IMG/VR virus record: IMGVR_UViG_3300012983_000031
Span: 32,001-96,000 of that record
Strand: one strand, 5' to 3'
Length of the DNA: 64,000 nucleotides
Source: a virus
Lineage: Duplodnaviria; Caudoviricetes
In this document: in pieces, positions 7,705-17,994 of the stretch
How positions within the stretch are numbered: the first letter of the stretch is position 1
Layout: each line of letters starts with the position of its first letter
Made by a program: the position numbers and the translations under genes
The notes under the pieces: generated by a model
Seen by the model: only the letters and a program-made list of their open reading frames with translations
Databases searched by the model: none
What the model was told of the DNA's origin: nothing

Positions 7705-10700
7705 TTAAGAAAGTGCTGCAATAGCACTCTCCATTAAACGTTCTGTTTCTGGCTTAAAGAAATCTTCAGATTCATTAATCATCAAATTTCCACCATTGAT
7801 ATAGCTTAAATGAGTTTCACCGTTGTCAGCAAAGATAAGTGTACGAACTGGAATTGTGGATTCATTCATCATCACATAATTCGAAAAGTCGCGAACGTTA
7901 ACAAGAACATCTGTTTTCTGAACAACACCTTCAACAACGAACGTCATTGTACCAGGAGAATAGTTAGCAAGATCCATAACATCGTTCAAATCTTCATTAA
8001 TTCTAACATACTTCTTCGCAACCTTTGTTTTCTCCCCTTCTATAATAATATTAATTTCTGTATTGTCAGATGCTTTCATGTATTCAAGAAGTTGCACTTT
8101 GCAGTCATTTGGAGTCACCTGTGTATTATTAACATACATTCCACAGTTCACATAACTCTCATAAATTCCGCGAAGAGTTGCCTCATCATACTTGAAAGGT
8201 GTGTCGACGAGATCTGGTCTTGCATATATCACCTCTACTTCATTCTTTGGGTATATTCTGGTATGACCCTGCACATTCACTATAAAATCACCATCAGCTT
8301 GCTTGCTAATAATCTGACCTTTAAGCCCGTCCTTACATTTAACGTAGTCAAGAACATTTGGTTCAGCGATACCGATACCTGCATTTGATTCATTCAACGC
8401 ATTTCCATCTTTGTCGGCAACAGATTCGTTTGATGCTTTTTTAGATTTAACCTTAAACTTAAACTTCTTCTTTGGTTTTTCTTCACTTTTCTCATTATCA
8501 GCATCGCCTTTATCCTTCTCGTCACCAGTTTCCTCACCATTTTCATCTTCATCATCATTATCTTCCTCACCAGCAGCTTCATCGGAGATAGCAGCGTCAC
8601 CCTTTTCCTCGTTCTTCTTCTGATCCTCTTCTTCCTTCTTCTTATCCTCGTCTTTCTTTTCATCCTTATCATCATCGGCAGAATCTTCATCATCCTTAAA
8701 TGCAAGACTTTCCTCTGGATTAAATGTCACGTTCTTGAACGAATCCTCAAAATCTGGTGTAACAGCTTCATCTTCGCCGCCTCCTGCACTCTTTCCGTTA
8801 AGTTCATCAGTATTGATTGTCACAGTTTTACCAGTTGAATCATCTTTTACAGTGATGGTAACATTTTCATTCACATGCTTGAAAAAATCCCTTGCTTCAA
8901 TTGGTGCAGAATCGCCGTAGAAAGATTCAAGAATCTTTTTAACGTTGTTGAAATCATCCTTAACAATATCAAGGTTCATGTTTTCATTCACAACATTAAC
9001 ATCAAACCCTTTAGACGTAAGCTTTTGTTTTAGAAAATTATTATAAGGAACACTCAAATTATAACAGCATGCACTTTCAGCAAGCTTTCCATATTTCTTT
9101 CCATATGCATCAAGAACATCAACAACATCTTGCTCTACGTTGCCATTGTTCTTCCTTGCATACATATAAAGAGATTCATAAATCTTATAAGCTTCCTGCT
9201 CATTCTCCGCAACAACACTGAATTGTTCATAATTTCCATGATTCTTTATATTGAAAATCTTCGCAATAGATTCATTACATGGAAGAATTATACGAAAGGA
9301 AGAATCGCTAATAGGCTTAACACCTTTAATTTGAACACCTTCATTAGCAGACATCACATTGATATGAGCTGGCTTATTATCAAAGCACTTTCTTAATTCT
9401 GGGAAATCATCACTGAACTGATCATCTGTATAAGAGAACCATTTCTTGTAATACTTTCTCAAAGCATTAGCCTGTGCTCTATTTGTAATCTTCAAAATAA
9501 CTTCTGTTTCATTACTCTCGCTCTTTGAATGCTCGATCTTAAGTTCGTCATCAAGATCCTTTTCAAAATCCTCCATATCCATTGGTGCTATCTCATCTGG
9601 AAGAAGACCTACAGAAATAGGATAGTTTGGAGTTTCATCCTCTGCATCCTTTGTTTCTGCTGGAGATTCTTTTGCAGCGGCATCATCGGATTCAAGATCT
9701 TCCTTTTTAACTGGAACTTCATCCTTTGTTTCAGTTTCCTTGAAATCTGGTGTTTCTACTGTAACGGATGTTTCTTTTTCATCTCCAAACATTGCTGGAA
9801 ACTCATCAGACGTTTCTTCTCCTGGTGCTTTCAATTCATTGTTTTCAGGTTCAACAACTGTATCGCCGCCAACAACAGAATCTGGCTTATTAGGGTCATT
9901 TTCAATAGCATCAACGATTTCAGTATACATATCAAGAGGCATGTACTCGTTATTGATGATAGGTTTCTTATCAGCATCAAGATAGAAGCTAACCTTACGA
10001 GTGTCATCATGAACATCGCCATTAGCATCAACAGATGGAATTAAAAGAAGAACTTCACCCTTGCCATTTGTCTTTCCGCTCTTAACATTCTTATTATACG
10101 AAACCTTCACAATCTGGAATCTTCCATAACCGATATCCTTTGTTGATTGACCTTCTTCTGGTGTGTCACTAACAGTAACAGATGTAGGAACATCAAAATC
10201 TGGATCATATTCAGCAACATCATCAAACTCTGATGGGAAATCCATATCTGAATCATCTTCAATATCTACTTCCTCTTCTCCACCTTCTGCACCTGTTATC
10301 GGATTTTCCATATCTTCCTTTGATTCCTTGTCTGGATCAAGTTCATCACCCTTCTTGTCATCATCTTCGCCATTCTCTCCATCTTCTCCATCACCGCCGT
10401 CAACATCATCATTCTTGTCACCATCTTCATCTCCAGTATCTGGAAGATCGTCCTTAAGACTATCATCCTCATCATCCTCATCACCGTTCAAATACTTATC
10501 AGCATCATCCTGATATTTCTTAAAGTCTTTCTTGGTGTCCTCAAGTTCTTTATCGATCATATCAATGGCATCATCAATATCCTTTGTGTCTGCAGCTTCA
10601 TCCTTCATACTCATGAGTGTCTTCTTCTTCTCTTCAAGTGAATCGATATAATCCTGATATTCCTTCTTCTTAGTCTCAATATCATGCTCAATCTTCTCCT

Positions 10701-12417
10701 GTTCTGGTAATTCATCCTCGAACAATGGAGAGCAATTGATTTCCATATGCTCATTTATATAATTGCGGCATTGTATCGGATTCACATTACGATAGAACGT
10801 AGAACGTCCAAGATTGCTGTTCGTTGTGTTTACGAAAATACTTTCTTTAAGCTTAAACACATCGCAAGATTTTCCGCTATTATCCTTTGATTCAATTCTC
10901 TTAACGAAATCAATATAAGCAATATCGTTATAATGTTCATTAAGAGCAACAGACATAGCATAGAACTCTGCATCATTACTTCTCATATTAATTGCAGATT
11001 CCATAAGTGACTTAAGCTCGTCAGTCGTAACCTCCTTATCATTAAGCAAAATTTCAGATTCATTGATGACACACTTGTTCTCATTTCCGTAAATTGTGAC
11101 AGAATTAAATTCTTGAGAGAAGCGAACGTTATCATTGTTGACAATATTGCAAAGAGCCTTGAACGATTCGCTCAAAGATGCCACCTCATTCTTTGTCAGC
11201 TTGGAAATTTCATTATTCTTTCTTGCGAAGTAAGCACCCTTTACATTGAACACACATTCGTTCTCCTTGATGTACTTAACTGGAGAAAACACCAATTCTG
11301 TCTTAACTTTATTGTTGAGGTATTCAACAGATTCACCGAGATAAACAGTATTTTCAATAGAAAGATCTCTTGTAATCAAGCATTCCATATCACGAACGAA
11401 CGGATCATACTCGAATGCCTCAAGTCTTTGAAGAAGAATGGTTCGCGTTGCCATGTTCTTATTATCCACATAATCGGCAACAACATCTTCAATAAGAGGA
11501 ACGATGTAATAAGATCCAGTCTGAGACATAGTTTCAAGAATCTTCTTAAGACTAATGTCTTGCTTATAACGGTTAACCCTGTCATTCAGAGCTGACAGTT
11601 CAGTATCAACAGCACTAAGATAATTCCAATTGGATATACCAGATATGAATGACTCATAAAGAAGTTCATCTGGCTTTCCGTTATTAAGGGCGTTAATGTA
11701 TTGCTCACAGAACACCTTAAGCTTCTCATTCTTATTGTTCTTGAGTATTGCTGCGATTGACTCACTTAACTTGATGTGATTAGGAATGGAATTCTTTGTC
11801 TTCTTTACGGCATTCTGTTTCTCAGTTTCCATTTCATTCATCTTGTTTGCCAAAATCTTGTCAACCTCATCCTGTGTGTATGTTTTAACTGGTTCAGCCT
11901 TAAACTCTTCCTTGAGAATAACATTTTGAAGAGTCTTTCCAGATTTCTCCTCATATTGCTCGAACTGAAGAGCCTCAAGAATTTGCTGAACAAGCGAATC
12001 GCTCTCGAACAAAGAAAGGTTCAGCTTGACATTATCACGCGTCGTCGAGTTCTTGTCAATCATATAATCAACAACTGCGGACTCAATCATTGGAGCGACA
12101 AACATGCATGAGCTGTTGTCAAGATTATAAACGCAATTAGCCAACTTGATGTTGGTCTCATTCATTTTGACGGATTCGTTGACTTCCTTAAGAACAGCCT
12201 TTGCTGATTCTGTATTGGCAATCTTTGCCAAATCATTCACAAAAGCCTCGCATATCTGCTCCTCTTTCATTCCGTCATTCAATTTCTTACTGTACTCGTT
12301 GCAGAAATTCTGCACTGCAATAGATTCAGACTCAGAAACTTTAAGTTTCTCGATTGATGAACGAATCGGCACGATGTTCACCATTGCAAGAGTCTTTTTA
12401 GTATTTGACATTTCCAT
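7705..12417 (-). CDS. 1570-aa putative prohead core/scaffold or internal head protein
   Basis: Helical and coiled-coil regions, long acidic low-complexity tracts, at least 15 [ILVM]xE-S motifs resembling T4 gp21 cleavage sites, and a late-type AAATAAATA motif at 12460-12468. Confidence 0.55.
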   Translation of the reverse strand: MEMSNTKKTLAMVNIVPIRSSIEKLKVSESESIAVQNFCNEYSKKLNDGMKEEQICEAFVNDLAKIANTESAKAVLKEVNESVKMNETNIKLANCVYNLDNSSCMFVAPMIESAVVDYMIDKNSTTRDNVKLNLSLFESDSLVQQILEALQFEQYEEKSGKTLQNVILKEEFKAEPVKTYTQDEVDKILANKMNEMETEKQNAVKKTKNSIPNHIKLSESIAAILKNNKNEKLKVFCEQYINALNNGKPDELLYESFISGISNWNYLSAVDTELSALNDRVNRYKQDISLKKILETMSQTGSYYIVPLIEDVVADYVDNKNMATRTILLQRLEAFEYDPFVRDMECLITRDLSIENTVYLGESVEYLNNKVKTELVFSPVKYIKENECVFNVKGAYFARKNNEISKLTKNEVASLSESFKALCNIVNNDNVRFSQEFNSVTIYGNENKCVINESEILLNDKEVTTDELKSLMESAINMRSNDAEFYAMSVALNEHYNDIAYIDFVKRIESKDNSGKSCDVFKLKESIFVNTTNSNLGRSTFYRNVNPIQCRNYINEHMEINCSPLFEDELPEQEKIEHDIETKKKEYQDYIDSLEEKKKTLMSMKDEAADTKDIDDAIDMIDKELEDTKKDFKKYQDDADKYLNGDEDDEDDSLKDDLPDTGDEDGDKNDDVDGGDGEDGENGEDDDKKGDELDPDKESKEDMENPITGAEGGEEEVDIEDDSDMDFPSEFDDVAEYDPDFDVPTSVTVSDTPEEGQSTKDIGYGRFQIVKVSYNKNVKSGKTNGKGEVLLLIPSVDANGDVHDDTRKVSFYLDADKKPIINNEYMPLDMYTEIVDAIENDPNKPDSVVGGDTVVEPENNELKAPGEETSDEFPAMFGDEKETSVTVETPDFKETETKDEVPVKKEDLESDDAAAKESPAETKDAEDETPNYPISVGLLPDEIAPMDMEDFEKDLDDELKIEHSKSESNETEVILKITNRAQANALRKYYKKWFSYTDDQFSDDFPELRKCFDNKPAHINVMSANEGVQIKGVKPISDSSFRIILPCNESIAKIFNIKNHGNYEQFSVVAENEQEAYKIYESLYMYARKNNGNVEQDVVDVLDAYGKKYGKLAESACCYNLSVPYNNFLKQKLTSKGFDVNVVNENMNLDIVKDDFNNVKKILESFYGDSAPIEARDFFKHVNENVTITVKDDSTGKTVTINTDELNGKSAGGGEDEAVTPDFEDSFKNVTFNPEESLAFKDDEDSADDDKDEKKDEDKKKEEEDQKKNEEKGDAAISDEAAGEEDNDDEDENGEETGDEKDKGDADNEKSEEKPKKKFKFKVKSKKASNESVADKDGNALNESNAGIGIAEPNVLDYVKCKDGLKGQIISKQADGDFIVNVQGHTRIYPKNEVEVIYARPDLVDTPFKYDEATLRGIYESYVNCGMYVNNTQVTPNDCKVQLLEYMKASDNTEINIIIEGEKTKVAKKYVRINEDLNDVMDLANYSPGTMTFVVEGVVQKTDVLVNVRDFSNYVMMNESTIPVRTLIFADNGETHLSYINGGNLMINESEDFFKPETERLMESAIAALS

Positions 12418-12511
12418 TGAAAATATTATATAATTATTGTTTAAAATCGATGCTTTTATTATTTATTTCAAATTCGGAAAAAATTTTTGCAAAAATAGAA
12501 CAAGCTAACTA

Positions 12512-13882
12512 TCAGATAATCAATATGTTATGAATTTCATCATTAATTGTTGTATCTTGAGGATACGCAATTCCAAGCGTAATTGGCACACCAAACTCGC
12601 CTTTTTTGTATTTTAAACGACGGGTGTTAGTGATGTCAAAATGAGCATCTGGGCAATCTTTGTAATAATAAATGTTGCTAACGCCTCCACTCTTTGTAAC
12701 TTCAGCAACATAGCAATCATGAATCTTCAAATTGGAAGAAGAATCATAAAATTCCAAAGAAACCTGAACATATCCATCACCAGAAAAAGATCCTGGATCC
12801 GATATAAAGAAACATCCAGTGTCAACATATCCAGTGGATTCTGGTATAACAGTGACATAAGGTTTCTTGACAACGCTTATTTCATCATCAATGAACACAA
12901 CGTTCGGCTGCTTGAAGTTCGATATAGTTTCTGGTATTGTCCAATCATACATATTATGCTGACGCATCGGACAATCTATAATATGCTTATCGCCGTCTGG
13001 TGTGATGTAATATAAAAGAATTGAATAAACATCCGATGAAAGCGAAGACACCTCCCATGTAATCGAAATAACCTGACCAACCGCATAATATGTGTCGGTT
13101 GGAATAGGATTAAGCTTCAATTCAATTCGCTGATTCATAGGTGTAACATTAGCATTGTAAACATTAGGATCAAATGCAAAATGTTCAATTGTCTTATCAG
13201 AAGGAACTGAAAGCGATTCATCAAAACATGGCTGATAAGTTTCAACGGAAAGTGTGAAATTCATCTTTATAAGCTGAGATTCCTGTTCAAACCCATACGT
13301 GACTGTTTTTTCACCTGTTCCATATTGTTCTGGAAAACCTGCACGGCAACCAATCTTCATACCCTTGTATAAAACATTATATGTCTGATTCTTATAAAAA
13401 GTGTCACGAATTTCCTGTTCAATCTTAAATGCTGTCTCCAAATGATCAATCCATCCCTCAAAATCAAAATTCAATGTCAATGGAATAGAATACATGAAAG
13501 CTGTGTAAGAGGTCAAAACACCATTTTCATCCTTCATGTAATTTCCTTTTACAAAACGATTTGTAATGTTCGCCGCATCAATAGTGGATCCAGTATAACT
13601 AACGGCGAAACGTGGACACATATCAAACTTTCCGTCAATCATCTTATCGGAAAAACACTCTCTCCCAAAAAATGTATAATTATCCTGAGCAAAACGCTGA
13701 TCCCTGGATTGCGCAAAATTATACGCGAACGGCACGGTTACATTTTCAACAGTGTTATCATCCCACACTTGTTGATATGTCAATTTATGATTAAGCAGAT
13801 AAAGAAGACCAGCTATGACGGATCTGTTGAACACGTTATCATAATTGTAACGCTGATATAAAGGTGATGTATTTTCTTCCAT
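12512..13882 (-). CDS. gp15: gp15-like tail sheath terminator with C-terminal Ig-like extension
   Basis: RSVIAGLL.LLN...VPFAY...PRFAVSYTG...IPLTLNFDF...AFKIEQEI..FY pattern resembles T4 gp15. Confidence 0.7.
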   Translation of the reverse strand: MEENTSPLYQRYNYDNVFNRSVIAGLLYLLNHKLTYQQVWDDNTVENVTVPFAYNFAQSRDQRFAQDNYTFFGRECFSDKMIDGKFDMCPRFAVSYTGSTIDAANITNRFVKGNYMKDENGVLTSYTAFMYSIPLTLNFDFEGWIDHLETAFKIEQEIRDTFYKNQTYNVLYKGMKIGCRAGFPEQYGTGEKTVTYGFEQESQLIKMNFTLSVETYQPCFDESLSVPSDKTIEHFAFDPNVYNANVTPMNQRIELKLNPIPTDTYYAVGQVISITWEVSSLSSDVYSILLYYITPDGDKHIIDCPMRQHNMYDWTIPETISNFKQPNVVFIDDEISVVKKPYVTVIPESTGYVDTGCFFISDPGSFSGDGYVQVSLEFYDSSSNLKIHDCYVAEVTKSGGVSNIYYYKDCPDAHFDITNTRRLKYKKGEFGVPITLGIAYPQDTTINDEIHNILII

Positions 13883-14097
13883 TAATTTCTTTTCTTCCTT
13901 TTAACTCTATAACGTCTCTTTGGTCGAAGGGAATTATTGTATCCAACAAATCCAGCACCAAGAACATTATCCCAACGATCTCCAGACATGCACGGAACAG
14001 CATCTCCCATTCCAACCGACAACGCGCCATCAACTGGAGCCGCGCACCCGTCACACTCATTGGTCTTTTTATTTAATCTGACATGAAAACGAACCAT
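13882..14097 (-). CDS. Small 71-aa late protein with CxxC motif and basic tail
   Basis: Directly behind the late promoter at 14124-14132; stop/start overlap with the gp15-like gene. Confidence 0.65.
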   Translation of the reverse strand: MVRFHVRLNKKTNECDGCAAPVDGALSVGMGDAVPCMSGDRWDNVLGAGFVGYNNSLRPKRRYRVKRKKRN

Positions 14098-14115
14098 CTT
14101 ATTTTAACGCAAAAG

Positions 14116-14179
14116 ATTTTCACTATTTATCTGTCACAAAGACAACTACACATCCAAAATACAGATAAATAGTGAAAAT
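14116..14179. promoter_or_regulatory. Divergent twin late promoters forming a perfect 19-bp inverted repeat
   Basis: ATTTTCACTATTTATCTGT (14116-14134) and ACAGATAAATAGTGAAAAT (14161-14179), 26 nt apart, each containing AGATAAATAG. Confidence 0.85.
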
Positions 14180-14192
14180 ACATTTTTTGATA

Positions 14193-14741
14193 ATGGTACT
14201 TAACAACCTTCCTCAGATGTTCACTTTTTATTTCCCGTCAAACTTCTGGTATGACGAGGTTATCAACACGTGGACACCTATGGTTCAAAAGATGAGGCTT
14301 CCATATGAAACTGTTAGCGATTTCATGAATTCACAGGTTCAGGCTGTCACGTTCCCAGCAATGAACATTGATTTGTCAACTCAACAGAGAGGACAATATG
14401 AAGTTGCATACTACGGCGGAAAAGAACTTGAACCGATCATCGACAAGAATCTTAGATTGACGATGAAGCTTACAGAAAGCTATCTTTCATACTGGATATT
14501 TTGGCACCAGATTGATGTGTTCCTTCACTATGTGGACAATTACAAAAACAAGCAACCGTGCTGGATGGAACCAGTAAAATTAGGATTCCTCACAGACTCT
14601 GGCATGCAACTGCTTGAATTCACATTCTGGGAAATAACACCGACAGCAACAAGTGAACTGAACTTAAGCTATGCGGCAACAGTAGCATCATACAACACAT
14701 TTAATATCAATCTTAGATACAATCGTTTCGATATCAATTAA
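14193..14741 (+). CDS. gp3/gp19-fold tail tube terminator-like protein
   Basis: VQAVTFP..NI...LRLTMKLTE..LSY...FTFWEITPT..SELNLSY....TFNINLRY tube-fold pattern. Start revised to ATG 14193 because the GTG at 14172 abuts the promoter. Confidence 0.65.
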   Translation: MVLNNLPQMFTFYFPSNFWYDEVINTWTPMVQKMRLPYETVSDFMNSQVQAVTFPAMNIDLSTQQRGQYEVAYYGGKELEPIIDKNLRLTMKLTESYLSYWIFWHQIDVFLHYVDNYKNKQPCWMEPVKLGFLTDSGMQLLEFTFWEITPTATSELNLSYAATVASYNTFNINLRYNRFDIN

Positions 14742-14768
14742 TTGTGAAATAAAACAAAATACAACATA

Positions 14769-16208
14769 ATGGCAACTGATTTATTTAACCAATATTATAA
14801 CAATCCGACAAAATCTTACATTTATGCCGACATCATCTGCAGCAACGCAAGTTCTGCCGACGAAATCTCGTTTGACATCAATGATTCTGCTGGACAAATC
14901 ACATCAAATGATGACATACTTTCATCAATAGACCTGTCAGAGATACATGTTCCAGCATCACAGTATATGTCAGATGTAAGGACAATCGATCCAAACGGAT
15001 ATTGCTATATCAAAGGATTCCTGTATGGGGACGCTTATTGCCAGAAAGCATACGGAAGGATAATTGGAGAAATCACCGAAGATGAAGACTGGATGTTATA
15101 CGGCATGATATTCTTTGCAATAAGATACCTTGACAGAAAAACTGGAAACATCAAGACTGAGTTCATCAAGGCGCAAGGAAATCCAGACGAGGAAAAGACA
15201 TTCATCGATGTCATAAACGAATATTTCGAGAAACAGGAAATACCTATTGTCGTATCATTCGATGACGGATACGTTATATTCACTGCAACAATCCTTGCAT
15301 ATGAATTCTGGATCGATCATGTGCTGTTCTGGAAATCGGAAGAAGGAATGGACATATTCTATTATGTTAACCAGTGGATGATCGAAAACGGCAAATCTTA
15401 TGAATACGGATGGGATGACGGATTTGTAACAGGTAACAACATGGACAGTTCTTCACTTGGCGCTGTGAACCTGTACTCAAGCATACTGAAAAGAAGCGAC
15501 TATTCACGCCTTTACAACCTGTTCACTTGTCTCGAAAAGGACTTCAACGACATATTGATGGAAAACGATGTGCATAAAATATATCTGTATGAAGATTTCA
15601 CAAAATATGTTCCATCAAAACTCTACAGAAACGGAGCAATGAAAGGAATCATCATGTCGGTTATTTATCCACAATACAACGCGGACAGCATAACAGAATT
15701 ACAGAAGGCTGTCAAGGTTGCTCACCTTGTTGACAGGGTGCAGGAATTCTATGCAATACCAGAAAGCCTTGTCGAAGGAACGTTCACTGGAGTTCGCAAG
15801 CTTATAGACGTAAACGATATGTTCCATTGCGAATACGACCACGAACTCTACAACAAATGGATGGGATTCTATTCACACCATAATGTTAATGACGACTGGA
15901 TTTATGCAGATGAAATACCACAGGTAATCCCTAAGATGCTTGAAGACTGGGAAGAGTCCGCTGTATCGTTCACAGAACAGGGAAAATCAATATACAAGGA
16001 CATAGAGCACAGAGAAACAATGGGACTTGAAGGATATTGCGCATACCTTTCACATACAAAGCAATGGATGACGGTTGGACAGTTCTACGCAAGAACAACA
16101 ATATCTGATGATCCAGAACACCCAGAAACAAGAAACCTAATCCCAAGTGTAATAATATATAATCCGAACAATTTCCCAGTTCAAGTAAAATATATGGCGT
16201 TCGCATAA
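14769..16208 (+). CDS. Hypothetical, probably virion structural protein
   Basis: 479-aa ORF in a late operon. Confidence 0.6.
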   Translation: MATDLFNQYYNNPTKSYIYADIICSNASSADEISFDINDSAGQITSNDDILSSIDLSEIHVPASQYMSDVRTIDPNGYCYIKGFLYGDAYCQKAYGRIIGEITEDEDWMLYGMIFFAIRYLDRKTGNIKTEFIKAQGNPDEEKTFIDVINEYFEKQEIPIVVSFDDGYVIFTATILAYEFWIDHVLFWKSEEGMDIFYYVNQWMIENGKSYEYGWDDGFVTGNNMDSSSLGAVNLYSSILKRSDYSRLYNLFTCLEKDFNDILMENDVHKIYLYEDFTKYVPSKLYRNGAMKGIIMSVIYPQYNADSITELQKAVKVAHLVDRVQEFYAIPESLVEGTFTGVRKLIDVNDMFHCEYDHELYNKWMGFYSHHNVNDDWIYADEIPQVIPKMLEDWEESAVSFTEQGKSIYKDIEHRETMGLEGYCAYLSHTKQWMTVGQFYARTTISDDPEHPETRNLIPSVIIYNPNNFPVQVKYMAFA

Positions 16209-16210
16209 TC

Positions 16211-16675
16211 ATGAAAAAAAGAAGAAGCATCAACGAAAGCACACTTATAAGTGGCGGATACGGATTTGTTGGAGGAGGAGGCTATGACAACACGCTTTCC
16301 CCAGCATCATACAACGTGCAAGGAAGACAACCTGGATATGTGTACCAAGTTCTTCCTATGACAGACGAACTCCAGCAGAAGCCTACACCGATGAACCATG
16401 AGTATTACATACATCCTGGATCAACGGTAAAAGGAAGAGGTTTCAACAACCCCCAAAAGACTTACACTGGAATCGTAAACAGAATAGTCAAGGATGAAAG
16501 CGGAAAAGTTGTTTGCCTTTATGTCCAAGCGTTCAAGACGGCAAAACTTGTAGCTGTGAGAGCAGATGAAGATCTTGAACTCATCCTACCAAAGGGAGTA
16601 GACCAGTACGGCGGTCACCGATTAGCTACATCAGATAACCTCGAAATAGCAAACAAGAGCCTTGTCAGTCAATGA
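16211..16675 (+). CDS. Hypothetical late protein with N-terminal INES motif and SH3/KOW-like C-terminal barrel
   Basis: MKKRRSINEST..., then IHPGSTVKG...YTGIVNRIV...LYVQ. Confidence 0.6.
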   Translation: MKKRRSINESTLISGGYGFVGGGGYDNTLSPASYNVQGRQPGYVYQVLPMTDELQQKPTPMNHEYYIHPGSTVKGRGFNNPQKTYTGIVNRIVKDESGKVVCLYVQAFKTAKLVAVRADEDLELILPKGVDQYGGHRLATSDNLEIANKSLVSQ

Positions 16676-16690
16676 CGAGGCTCTTTCTTT
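16655..16690. terminator. Bidirectional terminator between convergent genes
   Basis: AAGAGCCTTGTCA-gtcaa-TGACGAGGCTCTT hairpin. Confidence 0.75.
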
Positions 16691-17295
16691 TATGACGGAT
16701 AAATCTTTTTCGCAATCCTGCTGTCAACTTCATCAACACCGCCGCGAACTACACTATTAACACGCTCCTTCTTCGGTTCATCGTTGGATGTTTCAGCCGA
16801 TTGCGCATCATTTTCATCAATAACGACTGAATTTTCCACAAGATTCTCTTCCTTTATTCCGTTAGCAACCATTTCAGTCATCAAAAGCGCAACAATCGGC
16901 AATATCGCTCCAATAATCCAAGAAACAATTATCTGTACAGTTTCTTCACTGATGTCCTGAACGAAAAACAATAGCGGTTTCGCAAGATAGCTGTAGTAAT
17001 TTTGCTCGGATTCGGATATGAACTTAAAAACAGAGTAAGTGTTTCCTATCACCTGAACGATGACAAGAATTGTCAAAAGCACCCAAGCCATATTGTTCCT
17101 CTTGTTTGTTCCTATCAGAATTGAAGCAAGACAGACGGCAAGACCAAGCTCAAACGCTAACGCCAGAATAACGGACATCCAGCTGACGTTACCTATATCA
17201 AAAAACTCTATTGCATGACAGAACGATATAAAGGCTACAAGTGCATAAAGGAACAGAAACACATATATGAATATCTTATTGATATATTTCTTCAT
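16690..17295 (-). CDS. Multi-pass membrane protein (~4 TM), possibly lysis-related
   Basis: Four hydrophobic segments and a charged C-terminal tail. Confidence 0.65.
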   Translation of the reverse strand: MKKYINKIFIYVFLFLYALVAFISFCHAIEFFDIGNVSWMSVILALAFELGLAVCLASILIGTNKRNNMAWVLLTILVIVQVIGNTYSVFKFISESEQNYYSYLAKPLLFFVQDISEETVQIIVSWIIGAILPIVALLMTEMVANGIKEENLVENSVVIDENDAQSAETSNDEPKKERVNSVVRGGVDEVDSRIAKKIYPS

Positions 17296-17296
17296 G

Positions 17297-17605
17297 TCAT
17301 TTCTTGCTTACCTTTACAACAACTGGCTTGTTCGCCAGCTTATCATTTTGATCCTGGTATATCCTTATCTCGTTTTCAAGTGATTCTATCTTTGCGTCAC
17401 GCATCTTTATTGCGTTCTTGAGGCTATCTATTGTCTTTACAGAATTTGCAAAAACATCATTAATGGAATCAATCTCAGCCTTGTGCTCAATCTCAAGGCG
17501 TGCGCATTTGCGCTGGAAGTTTCCCTTACTCGTGCAGTTCGCTATAAAAAAGAGCGAAAGCAGAAACATTGTTATTTCTTTCCAGTATTTCTTTATTGTA
17601 TCCAT
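17297..17605 (-). CDS. Putative lipoprotein/coiled-coil protein, spanin-like
   Basis: Signal-like ITMFLLSLFFIANC followed by a long coiled coil. Late promoter GGATAAATA at 17631-17639. Confidence 0.5.
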   Translation of the reverse strand: MDTIKKYWKEITMFLLSLFFIANCTSKGNFQRKCARLEIEHKAEIDSINDVFANSVKTIDSLKNAIKMRDAKIESLENEIRIYQDQNDKLANKPVVVKVSKK

Positions 17606-17630
17606 CAGTCATCATGTTATTTTTCAGAAA

Positions 17631-17676
17631 TATTTATCCAAAAAAGTTCGATCCTGTCATCACGACAGGACCGAAC
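17631..17676 (-). terminator. Terminator hairpin immediately followed by a late promoter
   Basis: On the - strand: GTTCGGTCCTGTC-gtgat-GACAGGATCGAAC-TTTTTT-GGATAAATA. Confidence 0.75.
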
Positions 17677-17717
17677 GGCAATGAAGAAATTTAAAATATA
17701 CGTGAATATTATTATCT

Positions 17718-17984
17718 TCATATCTTAGGGAAATTGAAGCCGCTTGTTAGGCTTGACGGGGTCATTGAACCCATTCCCCTTGTTATATTCGCCATTTGAG
17801 ACGATATGTTGGAGTACTTTGAATTGTATTCCTCTTGCTGTGCCTCGTACTGCTTCTGCTGCTCCTTCTGGCTTTCCTGTTCATCCTGTACATACTGGTC
17901 GTACCTGTTGTACAACATCATTATGTCATAGAAATACATTTTTCCAAGAACATCTGGAGTGATGTGAAGCTTCATCGCGAACAC
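17718..17984 (-). CDS. gp51-like baseplate hub assembly protein; possibly translated as a +1 frameshift extension of the upstream gene
   Basis: LHITPDVLGKMYFYDIMMLY..Y..YVQDEQE resembles gp51-type chaperone ends. Its frame is open upstream to 18056. Confidence 0.6.
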   Translation of the reverse strand: MFAMKLHITPDVLGKMYFYDIMMLYNRYDQYVQDEQESQKEQQKQYEAQQEEYNSKYSNISSQMANITRGMGSMTPSSLTSGFNFPKI

Positions 17985-17994
17985 AAGCTCAAGA

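Noticed and set aside
7810-12433. Many antisense ORFs over large genes (also 57749-58468 and others)
   Set aside because: Shadows of biased coding sequence, with no promoters or recognisable motifs.
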